Source: Candidatus Adlerbacteria bacterium
GTDB taxonomy: Bacteria > Patescibacteriota > Minisyncoccia > Phycocordibacterales > SBAW01
DNA length: 64,000 nt
Reading direction: 5' to 3'
Assembly: GCA_029288895.1 (NCBI GenBank)
Contig: JARIGK010000004.1
Coordinates: 175,866 to 239,865, forward strand
Position 1 is the stretch's first letter. Every line of letters begins with the position of its first letter. This document shows, in pieces, positions 1 through 11,076 of the stretch. A program made the position numbers and the translations under genes. The notes beneath the pieces were generated by a model, which was given only the letters and a program-made list of their open reading frames with translations, did no database searches and had not been told where the DNA came from.

Positions 1-2
1 CT

Positions 3-185
3 ACAAACTCCGTCACCATCCTCTTTAGACGCCCCAACCCTGATGCGGTATTTGCGACAGATATTCCAAGCGAGCAGTACACAAGCGCGTACGTACAAAT
101 ACGCTCACCTAACGGCACAACGCGCAGCGTGGTCGTTACCTCAGCAGGGCAGATCAGTGTGCAAGCCCCCGGAACATTGCCATGA
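3..185 (+). CDS. 3' end of an upstream ORF (partial, runs off the window start); its stop overlaps the next start (ATGA)
   Basis: Open frame from pos 3 to TGA at 183-185. Overlap suggests translational coupling with the pilin operon; no recognisable domain in the 60 aa seen. Confidence 0.3.
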   Translation, partial: TNSVTILFRRPNPDAVFATDIPSEQYTSAYVQIRSPNGTTRSVVVTSAGQISVQAPGTLP

Positions 186-736
186 GACAGCGAGGCTTTA
201 CCTTAATTGAAATGCTCGTGTCGGTCGCCATCTTTTCGACGGTGATGGTGATTGCGCTTGGTTCGCTCTTGGCATTGTCCGAAGCAAACCGCAAAGCAGA
301 ATTGTTGTCGTCGGTGACGAACAACTTTAACTCGGCGATTGATAGTATGACGCGCGGTATGCGCACTGGCTCGCGTTATCATTGCGGCGGCGGCACATTG
401 ACTACAACCAATGACTGCGCGACGACGGGTTCTGGCCAATTCGCGTTCCTTTCTTCGTCGGGGCAGACGGTTGTCTACCAGCTGCAGACAACGGGGTGTG
501 CAAATAACACGGGGTGTATCATCCGTTCGACTGACGGCGGCGCAACGTATACGAGCATCACGTCGCCCGAAATTGTTGTGACCTCGCTGATGTTTTACGT
601 CTTGGGCTCGTCGAGCAGCGACGCGGTGCAGCCCAAAGTGGTAATGCTCGTGTCGGGCTATGCAACCATCAAGGGCCTTCAGCAAACCACATTCAACCTC
701 CAGACGTCCGTGACGCAACGCTTCTATGATCAATAA
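182..736 (+). CDS. Type IV pilin-like / pseudopilin (prepilin N-terminal cleavage-methylation motif)
   Basis: N-terminus MRQRGFTLIEMLVSVAIF = class III signal peptide with G-FTLIE motif followed by a hydrophobic helix. 11-nt overlap with the next gene. Confidence 0.7.
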   Translation: MRQRGFTLIEMLVSVAIFSTVMVIALGSLLALSEANRKAELLSSVTNNFNSAIDSMTRGMRTGSRYHCGGGTLTTTNDCATTGSGQFAFLSSSGQTVVYQLQTTGCANNTGCIIRSTDGGATYTSITSPEIVVTSLMFYVLGSSSSDAVQPKVVMLVSGYATIKGLQQTTFNLQTSVTQRFYDQ

Positions 737-1304
737 ACTAAAAAAACTCAAACAAGGCTTTACGCTGATCGAGACGCTCTTGGCGATTTTGATTTTGGCG
801 ACGGCGATTGCGGGCCCGATGTCGATTGCAGCAAAAGGGTTGCAGTTGGCGCTCATTTCCAAAGACCAGGTGATTGCGACATTTTTGGCACAAGATGCCA
901 TGGAGTACGTGCGTTTTATCCGCGACACAAACAAGTTGGCAGGTGCAACCGACTGGCTTGCGGGGGTTGATGGTACATCCAATGGCCATACGACAGATGC
1001 AAGCGGCGGGCAGGCGTCGTGTGTTGCGGGTAATGCCTGCATCGTCGACTCACTGGCCGACAAAGTTACCTACTGCGGCGCGTCGGTGGCGGCGTGTGCC
1101 TCAAACTATCTCTACTTCAACTCGAGCACCAACACGTACTCATACACATCGATTGGAAATACGCAGACTATATTCTCGCGCACGGTGCAAATTACTAATA
1201 GCACAACAGACGAGGCGCAAGTGACGGTAACCGTGCAATGGAAAGACGTCGGCGGTATCACGCGCTCTGTGGTGCTCCGCGAAAATATGCTCAACTGGCA
1301 ATAA
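726..1304 (+). CDS. Type IV pilin-like / pseudopilin
   Basis: N-terminus ...KQGFTLIETLLAILILA: prepilin methylation motif with E5. Overlapping start/stop with the previous gene. Confidence 0.7.
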   Translation: MINKLKKLKQGFTLIETLLAILILATAIAGPMSIAAKGLQLALISKDQVIATFLAQDAMEYVRFIRDTNKLAGATDWLAGVDGTSNGHTTDASGGQASCVAGNACIVDSLADKVTYCGASVAACASNYLYFNSSTNTYSYTSIGNTQTIFSRTVQITNSTTDEAQVTVTVQWKDVGGITRSVVLRENMLNWQ

Positions 1305-1306
1305 GT

Positions 1307-1843
1307 ATGAAAAACAAAAACCGCGGCTTTACGATATTTTTTGCAACGCTTGTTGCGTCGTTGGCGCTGGCCATTGGGTTGGCTATCTATGACATAACGG
1401 TGCGCCAGCTCGACTTGTCGACCAATAGTATTCAGTCGCAGTATGCAATTTTTGCCGCGGACTCAGGCGCCGAGTGCGCGCTCTATTGGGATGCAAAGTA
1501 CAGCGGGGCGGGAAGTGCGTTTGCAACATCAAGCAACTCGACCCCGGTAACCTCCGGAGTCACGTGCGGCTCGCTTGATGTGGCGGCGCACGGTACGCCC
1601 CCTGTGCCATATCAAAACACTGTATCGAGCTGGGGTGTGTGGAATGTTGTGTCAGACGCCTCTACCGCAACCACCACCTTTACGATGTCGTTTACCGGGT
1701 TTACCTACTGTGCCGAGGTTGAGGTGGGGAAATATACGGACGCTTCGTCGGTCGTGCACACCACTATCCTTTCGCACGGATATAATACCTGCTACACCAA
1801 CACACAAAACCAGCTCGAGCGCGAGCTGAAGGTGAGCTATTAA
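1307..1843 (+). CDS. Pilin-like protein (minor pilin candidate)
   Basis: First ATG is 2 nt after the previous stop. N-terminus MKNKNRGFTIFFATLVASLALAI resembles a prepilin leader plus hydrophobic helix but lacks E5. Same operon. Confidence 0.5.
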   Translation: MKNKNRGFTIFFATLVASLALAIGLAIYDITVRQLDLSTNSIQSQYAIFAADSGAECALYWDAKYSGAGSAFATSSNSTPVTSGVTCGSLDVAAHGTPPVPYQNTVSSWGVWNVVSDASTATTTFTMSFTGFTYCAEVEVGKYTDASSVVHTTILSHGYNTCYTNTQNQLERELKVSY

Positions 1844-1859
1844 ATACGCCCTCGTGTAG

Positions 1860-3875
<2,016 letters not shown>

Positions 3876-3889
3876 TGTAGTATTGGAGG

Positions 3890-4183
3890 GTGATTTCGAA
3901 AGAAGAAATAGCCAAGCTGGCGGAGCTCTCAAGGATAGAGCTGAGTGATGCGGAAATGGAGTCCTTGCAAAAGGATATTTCTAATATTTTGGACTACGTG
4001 GGCCAAGTGAGCGCTGTTGAAGGCGCAGAAGAAAAAGAAGTAGGTTTGAACCACAACGTTATGCGCGACGATGTGCCGTACGACGAAGGCTCGGCGCTTA
4101 AAGCTGCCCGCGAGGATATTGTGAAAGCATTCCCCAAGAGCGAGCGCGACTATAACGTCGTGCGCAAGATAATTGAGAAGTAA
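3890..4183 (+). CDS. gatC: Asp/Glu-tRNA amidotransferase subunit C
   Basis: 97 aa, MISKEEIAKLAELSRIELSDAEMESL... typical GatC; GTG start; directly upstream of gatA. Confidence 0.8.
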   Translation: MISKEEIAKLAELSRIELSDAEMESLQKDISNILDYVGQVSAVEGAEEKEVGLNHNVMRDDVPYDEGSALKAAREDIVKAFPKSERDYNVVRKIIEK

Positions 4184-4191
4184 GGATTGAT

Positions 4192-5610
4192 ATGAGCAGC
4201 GAACTAGCAAAACTTACTATTGCGGAGGCTTCGAAGAAACTTGCGGCAGGGGAGGTAACCTCTGTCGACTTGGTGCGCGCGTGCCTCGAAGAAGCACAAG
4301 CAAAAAACTCAGAGCTGAATGCATACTTGGAGATTTTTGCAGATGCAGAAGAGCAGGCGAAGATGGCAGACGCGAAGCGTGCAGAGTTGAAGGCTCGAGG
4401 CGAAGAAGCGCACCCATTGCTCGGTATTCCACTTGCAACCAAAGACAATATTTTAATCAAAGGCAAACATGCGTCGGCCTCGAGTAAGATGCTCGAGAAC
4501 TATGTTGCGTCGTACGACGCGACGGTCATTGCAAAATTGAAGGAAGCAGGTGCCGTCTTTGTTGGCCGCACCAACATGGACGAGTTTGCACTTGGGGGTT
4601 CCACAGAAAATTCGGCATTTGGCCCCACAAAAAATCCCTACGATACGTCGCGCGTCGCAGGCGGCACTTCAGGTGGCTCGGCCGCTGCAGTTGCTGCACG
4701 CATGGCGCTTGGGTCGCTTGGCACCGACACCGGTGGCTCGGTCCGCAACCCGGCAAGCTTTTGCGGCGTTGTGGGTTTGAAGCCTACCTACGGCGCAGTC
4801 TCGCGCTTTGGTGTTATTGCGGCAGTGTCGTCGTTTGACCAAGTTGGCCCAATTGCGAAAACAGTCGAAGACGCAGAACTTATCTTCAACACTATTCGCG
4901 GAAAAGATCCGCATGACTCAACTTCAATAGATGAAAGCATCTATACGAATGTTGCGAAGAATAAAAAAATTGGCGTACCGCGTGCATTGCTCAAAGAGGG
5001 TGTCGACAAGGATGTCCTCGCGGCATTTGAAGCGTCGCTTGAGAAATTGAAAGCAGCAGGGTACGAAATTGTTGATATTGAATTACTAAGCCTGCCCTTG
5101 GCGCTTGCCACCTATTACATCACCAACTTTGCCGAAGTATCATCAAACCTTTCGCGTTTTGACGGCGTGCGCTACGGGCTGTCGGTAAAGGGCGACTCGC
5201 TCTTGGGCGACTATGCTACAAGCCGCGCACAAGGCTTTGGCGCAGAGACTCGCCGCCGCATTATGCTTGGCACCTATGTCCTTTCTGCCGGCTACTACGA
5301 CGCCTACTACGGCAAAGCAGGCGCTGCGCGCGCGCAACTCCGCAAAGAATTTGAAGATGCACTAAAAGATGTCGAAGCGATTGCGACACCAACAATGCCA
5401 GGCACTGCATGGCGCGTAGGCGAAAAAGAAGATCCGCTTGCGGCATACTTGGCCGACATCTTTACCGTCACAGCAAACCTCACCGGCAACCCAGCTATCA
5501 GCGTGCCTATGGGCAACGTGAACACTCTGCCTGTTGGTATCCAGTTTACTGCGGCGCATGGCGACGAAGCTACACTCTTCCGCGTGGGGAAGGAGATAAC
5601 CGGCAACTAA
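4192..5610 (+). CDS. gatA: Asp/Glu-tRNA amidotransferase subunit A (amidase)
   Basis: 472 aa with the amidase signature GGSSGGSAAAVAA and Ser-cisSer-Lys context; 8 nt after gatC. Confidence 0.9.
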   Translation: MSSELAKLTIAEASKKLAAGEVTSVDLVRACLEEAQAKNSELNAYLEIFADAEEQAKMADAKRAELKARGEEAHPLLGIPLATKDNILIKGKHASASSKMLENYVASYDATVIAKLKEAGAVFVGRTNMDEFALGGSTENSAFGPTKNPYDTSRVAGGTSGGSAAAVAARMALGSLGTDTGGSVRNPASFCGVVGLKPTYGAVSRFGVIAAVSSFDQVGPIAKTVEDAELIFNTIRGKDPHDSTSIDESIYTNVAKNKKIGVPRALLKEGVDKDVLAAFEASLEKLKAAGYEIVDIELLSLPLALATYYITNFAEVSSNLSRFDGVRYGLSVKGDSLLGDYATSRAQGFGAETRRRIMLGTYVLSAGYYDAYYGKAGAARAQLRKEFEDALKDVEAIATPTMPGTAWRVGEKEDPLAAYLADIFTVTANLTGNPAISVPMGNVNTLPVGIQFTAAHGDEATLFRVGKEITGN

Positions 5611-5641
5611 TTTTCGGCGTACAATAGGGAGGACAGTTTCT

Positions 5642-6223
5642 ATGTTTAGCCCCGACTTTTACGGATTCTTCAAAAATCTCTACGACATCAGCATGGGTAT
5701 CCCGACGGAGGCCCACGGGCTTTACCTTACGCTTTTGACGATTGCGAATGTTGTTACGATTGTGGGGCTCGCGCTTGCACTCATTTTGTTGATACTGATC
5801 GTGTATTTGAGCATCCGGCTTGAACATATGGAACACGCTGGCTTCCATCACTTGGAAATGGCCGAGCATATCCACCACGAAGCGCATGCAGCAGAGCATA
5901 CAGAGGTAAAGAATCCGCGCTGGGAAATGATCTCGACGCTCGCGGCATCAACAAACGAAGGCGATTGGCGCCGCGCAATTATCGATGCCGACATTATGCT
6001 GTCGGATATGCTGCGCGAAAAAGGGTATACAGGTGACACGCTGGGGGATCAGCTCAAGATGGCGAACCCGTTGCAGTTTACGACCATTGATATTGCGTGG
6101 GAGGCGCACCGCATGCGCAATGCACTGGCGCACTTAGGCGAAGCATTCCCGCTCTCTGAGCGTGACGCGCGCGCGACGATAGAACAGTACCGCCGGGTCT
6201 TTGAAGAGTTCGACTATATTTAA
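5642..6223 (+). CDS. Hypothetical membrane protein with a His-rich segment and a C-terminal R-x4-H motif
   Basis: GGGAGG Shine-Dalgarno 8 nt upstream. Hydrophobic stretch (TIVGLALALILLILIVYL), His-rich HMEHAGFHHLEMAEHIHHEAHAAEH, and C-terminal ...EAHRMRNALAHLGE. Confidence 0.5.
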   Translation: MFSPDFYGFFKNLYDISMGIPTEAHGLYLTLLTIANVVTIVGLALALILLILIVYLSIRLEHMEHAGFHHLEMAEHIHHEAHAAEHTEVKNPRWEMISTLAASTNEGDWRRAIIDADIMLSDMLREKGYTGDTLGDQLKMANPLQFTTIDIAWEAHRMRNALAHLGEAFPLSERDARATIEQYRRVFEEFDYI

Positions 6224-6242
6224 TTTTTTGAACGTATCGTGT

Positions 6243-6311
6243 TGCGGGGCCGGGATTTGCACCCGGGTCCCAAGGTTATGAGCCTTGTGAGGTACTACTC
6301 CTCCACCCCGC
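6243..6311 (-). tRNA. tRNA-like element with CAT anticodon; non-canonical, possibly a pseudogene
   Basis: Reverse complement folds as a cloverleaf (acceptor GCGGGGT/CCCCGC, anticodon loop CTCATAA). Only 69 nt, 1-nt 8/9 linker, T-loop TGCAAAT instead of TTCRANY. Confidence 0.35.
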
Positions 6312-6390
6312 TATCTGTTGAAGCGTTGCCACTTCAGTAGTTTCGCTATTCTAGCAAAAAATCCATAAAAATGCTAGTTTGTGTTGTATT

Positions 6391-6467
6391 GTCGGGGTAG
6401 CTCAGATGGTTAGAGCGTAGCATTCATAACGCTAAGGTCGTGGGTTCGACTCCCACCCTCGACACCA
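6391..6467 (+). tRNA. tRNA-Met/Ile2 (CAT), CCA encoded
   Basis: GTCGGGG acceptor, D-arm GCTCAGATGGTTAGAGC, anticodon loop TTCATAA, T-arm GTGGGTTCGACTCCCAC, 3' CCTCGAC-A-CCA. Confidence 0.75.
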
Positions 6468-6516
6468 GTAGAGAAATTGCGCTATATGCGCTAGTATCTA
6501 CGATGTTCCGCAATAT

Positions 6517-6590
6517 GCGGGAGTAGCTCAACTGGTTAGAGCGCTGCCCTGTCACGGCAGAGGTTGCGGGTTCGAGTCCCGTCTCTCGCG
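6517..6590 (+). tRNA. tRNA-Asp (GTC)
   Basis: GCGGGAG acceptor, anticodon stem CTGCC/GGCAG with loop CTGTCAC, T-arm GCGGGTTCGAGTCCCGT; no encoded CCA. Confidence 0.8.
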
Positions 6591-6625
6591 CACTTCATCA
6601 ATACTTCTGGTAAGGCTGGGATACT

Positions 6626-7654
6626 GTGCGGATGAAAATTGCACAGATTGCGCCCATTGTTGAGCGCGTCCCACCGAAGAAATACGGCGGCACCGAACGT
6701 GTAGTCCACGCCCTTGTAGAAGAGCTCGTGCGCCGCGGCCACGAGGTGACGCTGTTTGCCAGCGGCGACTCAGAAACATCCGCGACGCTGCATTCTGTCT
6801 ACCCGCGCGCCTTGCGTGATGCACGTATCGCCGATGTCTATGGTGCCAACTCGTGGACGCTCTTGAACATTGCGATGGCGTACGAGATGCAAGACGAGTT
6901 CGATATCATCCACGACCACACCATACCGTTGTCGCTTCCTACAGCCAACATTGCCACCACGCCTGTTGTTGCCACCATGCACGGGCCCTTTAGCGCCGCG
7001 AACCGCAGACTCTTCCAAACACTACGCGGCCCTGGCATTGTGAGCATTTCTGAATCACAAATATTTTCAGCGCCGGGCATCAACCACGTCGCAACCGTCT
7101 ACAACGGCTTGCCTATGGAACACTACCCGTTTGGCGAAACAGCAGGGGACTATTTGCTCTACGTCGGGCGTTTTTCGATGGAGAAGGGCGTACACTACGC
7201 CATCGAAGTTGCCGAGCAGCTCGACATGCCGCTTATCATTGCGGCAAAGCTCGACCCGGGCGACCAGGCGTATTTTCGAAATTATATCGAGCCTCGACTC
7301 TCGGACCGTGTGCGTTGGGTGGGCGAAGTCGACGAAGAGGAACGCAATAAATTAATGGCGGGTGCTAAATGCTTTTTGCACCCAGTGACGTGGCGTGAGC
7401 CGTTTGGCCTCACGTTGATAGAGGCGATGGCGTGCGGCTGCCCGGTTGTAGCATTTAACCGCGGCTCCATACCAGAAATTGTGCAGACAGGGGTGACGGG
7501 CTTTGTCGTCGAAGATACCGACTCGATGATCGATGCGGTGAGCGCCATCGGCGACATCAGCCGCGCCGCGTGCCGCGAACATGCGCTCTCAAAATTCAAT
7601 GTCAAAAATATGGCCGATGCGTACGAAGCGGTGTACCAAAAGATGGTGCCGTAA
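6626..7654 (+). CDS. Glycosyltransferase, family 4 (GT-B, retaining)
   Basis: 342 aa; N-terminal acceptor domain and a C-terminal EX7E-type motif (EPFGLTLIEAMACGCPVVAF). Confidence 0.8.
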   Translation: MRMKIAQIAPIVERVPPKKYGGTERVVHALVEELVRRGHEVTLFASGDSETSATLHSVYPRALRDARIADVYGANSWTLLNIAMAYEMQDEFDIIHDHTIPLSLPTANIATTPVVATMHGPFSAANRRLFQTLRGPGIVSISESQIFSAPGINHVATVYNGLPMEHYPFGETAGDYLLYVGRFSMEKGVHYAIEVAEQLDMPLIIAAKLDPGDQAYFRNYIEPRLSDRVRWVGEVDEEERNKLMAGAKCFLHPVTWREPFGLTLIEAMACGCPVVAFNRGSIPEIVQTGVTGFVVEDTDSMIDAVSAIGDISRAACREHALSKFNVKNMADAYEAVYQKMVP

Positions 7655-7709
7655 TTACTCCTAGTGCATACAACAGTAGTGAGCAGGTATACGCCATAGC
7701 TGGTAGACT

Positions 7710-8306
7710 ATGTACATGAATTGGCATGTTGCGCTCGCGGCCGTGGCTGCCATCATCAGTCTCTCTTCGCTTATCCCATATGTGCGCGACATTGTGCGCG
7801 GCACTACGCGTCCAAATACAATCACGTGGGGCTTATGGTTTTTTATTCAGGTGATAGCCATCGCTGCCCAGGTCCATGAAGGCGCTTCGTGGTCAATCGT
7901 GTTCGTCATCGTGGACGGAATAACTATTCTTGTGGTGCTTGGTTTCTCTATCGCAGGATATGGATATCGAGAGTGGAATATATTTGATGCATGCTGCGGT
8001 GTGTTGGGAGTTGTCGCAATTGTTGCGTGGCAAACGACAGGGGATGCAATACTCGCACTCATCTTTTCGATACTTGCCGATGGCCTTGCGGCTCTTCCGA
8101 CATTGCGCAAAGCATATACGGATGCGTGGTCAGAACATCCTTGGGGTTGGGCGCTGACTACTCTTGCGGCTACGCTAGGGTTAGCTTCCACCGCTCGCTA
8201 CAATCCAGCAAATATACTTTTCCCAGGCTATCTCATTGCAATTAATTTCCTGACCTTTGTATTCTCATTTCTTGGTAGAAAGGTTCAACCCAAACCGACA
8301 ATGTAA
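7710..8306 (+). CDS. Multi-TM membrane protein, paralog 1 of a 3-member family
   Basis: Shares IPYVRDIVRGTTRP...TW, FD..CGVL..VA...W and LPTLRKAY motifs with 15920..16516 and 16525..17151; two internal half-repeats. Confidence 0.55.
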   Translation: MYMNWHVALAAVAAIISLSSLIPYVRDIVRGTTRPNTITWGLWFFIQVIAIAAQVHEGASWSIVFVIVDGITILVVLGFSIAGYGYREWNIFDACCGVLGVVAIVAWQTTGDAILALIFSILADGLAALPTLRKAYTDAWSEHPWGWALTTLAATLGLASTARYNPANILFPGYLIAINFLTFVFSFLGRKVQPKPTM

Positions 8307-8378
8307 TCCCCACAGTGTGTTTGGGAGGGGAGAAGTCGTGTAATACTTACGAGTGAAGCATTTATTTTTGCACTCACT

Positions 8379-9017
8379 ATGGTAAATCAACAACTTCTCG
8401 ACTATATAAAACAGCAATTGGCCGCCGGTGTTCAGAAGAACGACCTTATGAAAGCGTTGGCCGCGGGCGGATGGAATGCGATTGACGTCGGTGAAGCGTT
8501 TGCGGCGCTTACTCCCGCTCCAGCGACTCCTCCTTCAGCCATGCCTGTGCAACCGGCTTCGACTCCGGCTCCGCAACCTGTCCAACCTGCAGCGCCTGCG
8601 CAACCAATGGCGCCGCACACATCTCCTATCGTGCCGCCAGCAGTCACTATTACGCCAAACCCAGTCTCGACACCGATGACGCCAGCTGCGCCTATGGCGC
8701 CCATGGCACCTACATCGCCGCAAGTGTCTGCTGCTGCGATGGTTGCATCACAACCTGCGGCAAAAAGTTCAAACGCAGGACTCATCGTGTTGATCATCAT
8801 TTTACTTTTGATCTTGGCCGCAGGCGCTGCTGTCATCTTTGTCCCATCCTTAAACAACGCACTGCTCAACATGCTTGTGCCGCCAGTTGCACAGACCAAC
8901 GATACGTCTATGCAGCAGCCGCAACCGGCACCTGCTTCAACAGATACCACTCAAGTAACGGCGACTGCAACGACCACGCCGACTGTTTCTGGTACCGCCT
9001 CCACTACAGTCCACTAG
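8379..9017 (+). CDS. Hypothetical Pro/Ala/Thr-rich membrane-anchored protein
   Basis: Small N-terminal domain, long PAPATPPS low-complexity linker, one TM helix (LIVLIIILLLILAAGAAVIFV) and a Thr-rich tail. Confidence 0.5.
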   Translation: MVNQQLLDYIKQQLAAGVQKNDLMKALAAGGWNAIDVGEAFAALTPAPATPPSAMPVQPASTPAPQPVQPAAPAQPMAPHTSPIVPPAVTITPNPVSTPMTPAAPMAPMAPTSPQVSAAAMVASQPAAKSSNAGLIVLIIILLLILAAGAAVIFVPSLNNALLNMLVPPVAQTNDTSMQQPQPAPASTDTTQVTATATTTPTVSGTASTTVH

Positions 9018-9045
9018 GTGTTTGACTTTTATTTGGATTTGTTAG

Positions 9046-10335
9046 ATGAATAACCCCATGCGTAAAGGGGGATACCTGCCACCGTCAGTCTCGCGCTGGA
9101 AAGACCCGTTTTTGTTGTGCGCCACGATTGTGGGGGCCTATTGGGCATTCTCGCGCTTGGCGATTTCGGACACCGTATTGGCTATGTGCATCGTTATTGT
9201 GTCCATTGCGGTGATGGGTGTGCTTGAAGCGTTCCGAACGCACGTGCCCGCACATACGCACTCGCTCAAACAATCAATGTCGCATGCGCTCGTCACATGG
9301 GCGGGAACACTCGCAGGGCTTGGTTTTGTATTGTTTTTGTGGGGAACACTCACGACGTACTCAAGCTCGTACTACCAACCCTTTTTTCAAGTATTGCCAT
9401 TCTTCCTCGCGGCGTCGATTGTTCTAAGTTTCTTCTACGCTATTGTTGCGTCAAAAGTGCTCGGGCTGTATACGCACGGCGACTATCAACTGGGGCAGTT
9501 GGTGCTTGGGCGCGAAGTTAACTGGAAAGGTGTGCGCGACGCATTACTTGTGTGGGTTATCCGCGGATTTTTCTTGCCGATAAATTTTTGTGAATTGGTT
9601 AACACAATCGATGTCTTCCGCGGCCATGGCCTCTTTTTCTTGCAAGGCCCGTGGATGTCTGTCGAATATTACGTGCTCTTAATTGTCTACGGTTTTATCA
9701 TTGCAGCCGTCACGCCTGGCTATGTGTTTGGTGCGCGCCTCTTTGGCACGCATACACGCGACGTGAGCCACTCGTGGTTTGCGTGGGTTGTGACTCTCAT
9801 CTGCTATGCGCCGCTTGAGCTCGCCGTGTTTAAAGGATGGTTTAACTACAACCCCACGGCAGCGACTCCCGTATGGAACCAGCCGTGGGTAGTACATTTT
9901 GCCAACGCGCCAGTTGTGTTGGAAACCATAGGCGGGCTCCTCGTGTTAGTGTCGCTCGTGCACTTGTGGGGCGAAGCGCAGTTTGGCCTCCGCTCGTCCA
10001 ACATAAGCAACCGCGGCATCATTACGACGGGTGCGTATCGCTACACCAAGCACCCGGTGTACCTCACCAAATGTGTGGGATGGTTTTTAATCTGGCTGCC
10101 GTTTCTTTCAGGCGCTTCGTTTGTCGACAGCATGCGCCTGACATTCCTCTTCTTGTGCATCTGTGCGATATACGCGCTGCGCGCGCTGGCCGAAGAAGAA
10201 CTTTTGAGCGCGGACAAAGACTACGTGGCATATGCGCTGTGGATGGATGAACATGCGTGGACGAAAAAAATAGGGGAGATATTCCCCATCTTCCGCTACT
10301 CGTGGCGTCTGGTGCAGTGGGAAAAAGTGAGGTAA
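9046..10335 (+). CDS. Polytopic membrane protein with a C-terminal ICMT/phospholipid-methyltransferase-family domain
   Basis: C-terminal TTGAYRYTKHPVYLTKCVGWFLIW fits the G-x-Y-x3-RHP-x-Y motif of the ICMT/PEMT family; large N-terminal multi-TM extension. Confidence 0.6.
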   Translation: MNNPMRKGGYLPPSVSRWKDPFLLCATIVGAYWAFSRLAISDTVLAMCIVIVSIAVMGVLEAFRTHVPAHTHSLKQSMSHALVTWAGTLAGLGFVLFLWGTLTTYSSSYYQPFFQVLPFFLAASIVLSFFYAIVASKVLGLYTHGDYQLGQLVLGREVNWKGVRDALLVWVIRGFFLPINFCELVNTIDVFRGHGLFFLQGPWMSVEYYVLLIVYGFIIAAVTPGYVFGARLFGTHTRDVSHSWFAWVVTLICYAPLELAVFKGWFNYNPTAATPVWNQPWVVHFANAPVVLETIGGLLVLVSLVHLWGEAQFGLRSSNISNRGIITTGAYRYTKHPVYLTKCVGWFLIWLPFLSGASFVDSMRLTFLFLCICAIYALRALAEEELLSADKDYVAYALWMDEHAWTKKIGEIFPIFRYSWRLVQWEKVR

Positions 10336-10348
10336 GTTGTAGGGTATC

Positions 10349-10424
10349 GCCGTTGTAGCTCAGTTGGTAGAGCAACGCCATGGTAAGGCGTAGGTCGGCA
10401 GTTCGATCCTGCCCAACGGCTCCA
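10349..10424 (+). tRNA. tRNA-Thr (GGT), CCA encoded
   Basis: GCCGTTG/CAACGGC acceptor, anticodon loop ATGGTAA, T-arm GGCAGTTCGATCCTGCC, T-CCA end. Confidence 0.85.
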
Positions 10425-10447
10425 GCTTCCAGAGATGGGAAGTGTAC

Positions 10448-10523
10448 GCCAGCGTAGCTCAGTTGGTAGAGCAGCGGTATCGTAAACCGCAGGTCGTCGG
10501 TTCAATCCCGACCGCTGGCTCCA
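10448..10523 (+). tRNA. tRNA-Thr (CGT), CCA encoded
   Basis: GCCAGCG/CGCTGGC acceptor, anticodon loop ATCGTAA, T-arm GTCGGTTCAATCCCGAC. Confidence 0.85.
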
Positions 10524-10530
10524 AAAAATA

Positions 10531-10556
10531 AAAAACCGCCTTATTCAGGCGGTGTA
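10531..10556. terminator. Rho-independent terminator for the minus-strand nudix gene; hairpin also follows the plus-strand tRNA-Thr pair (no T-run on that side)
   Basis: ACCGCC-ttattca-GGCGGT hairpin with A-run upstream (T-run on the minus strand); the stop codon of the minus-strand nudix gene lies in the loop. Confidence 0.6.
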
Positions 10557-11003
10557 TCCCAAAAACTCTCTATACAATTTGCGGTGGAGGCCGAAGAAAT
10601 CTGGCATTGCATCGACAAGGTCGATAGGGAATTCCTGAGTTTCAAAAAACTCATCTTCATCTTTACCTGGAAATTTTTTTCCAGATAGGTCCCGAAGACG
10701 GCAATACGGAAGACGTGTTTTGTAGAAATACTGAAGATGAGGATTCGCTCCGTATACGGTATACGGTTTACGGACCTCTTCGATGCATACTTCGGGGTCG
10801 CCTCGGTTGGCGAGCCAAAAGCCACCTTCTTCCCACAGTGCGCGAATCACGGCGTCGATTTCGGACTCGCCTTCGTGCATCCCTTCGCCGATAAATTTCC
10901 ACGCATTCTCCGACTTCTTCAGATCTTTGATGAGCAACAGCGTGTCGGGCTGGCGGCTATAGATGGCGAGCATCATAACCGGGAGCCCAAAGTTTGTGTG
11001 CAT
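10545..11003 (-). CDS. NUDIX hydrolase
   Basis: Nudix box GEGMHEGESEIDAVIRALWEEGG (G-x5-E-x7-R[AE]-x2-EE-x-G), 152 aa. Confidence 0.7.
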   Translation of the reverse strand: MHTNFGLPVMMLAIYSRQPDTLLLIKDLKKSENAWKFIGEGMHEGESEIDAVIRALWEEGGFWLANRGDPEVCIEEVRKPYTVYGANPHLQYFYKTRLPYCRLRDLSGKKFPGKDEDEFFETQEFPIDLVDAMPDFFGLHRKLYREFLGYTA

Positions 11004-11076
11004 GTTTCACCTCTGTGCGCAAAATAGCAGAGAAGCATAGAAAGTCAATACTGTGATACAGTAGTGGCACGAATCT

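Noticed and set aside
203-1063. 286-aa antisense ORF overlapping the pilin genes. Similar long antisense ORFs occur at 21946..22812, 24317..24958, 31176..31946, 54639..55583 and 45226..45837
   Set aside because: Arg/Cys/His-rich compositions typical of GC-rich antisense frames. The opposite strand carries recognisable domains (pilin motifs, HlyD, RND, helicase, XRE), so these are treated as spurious.
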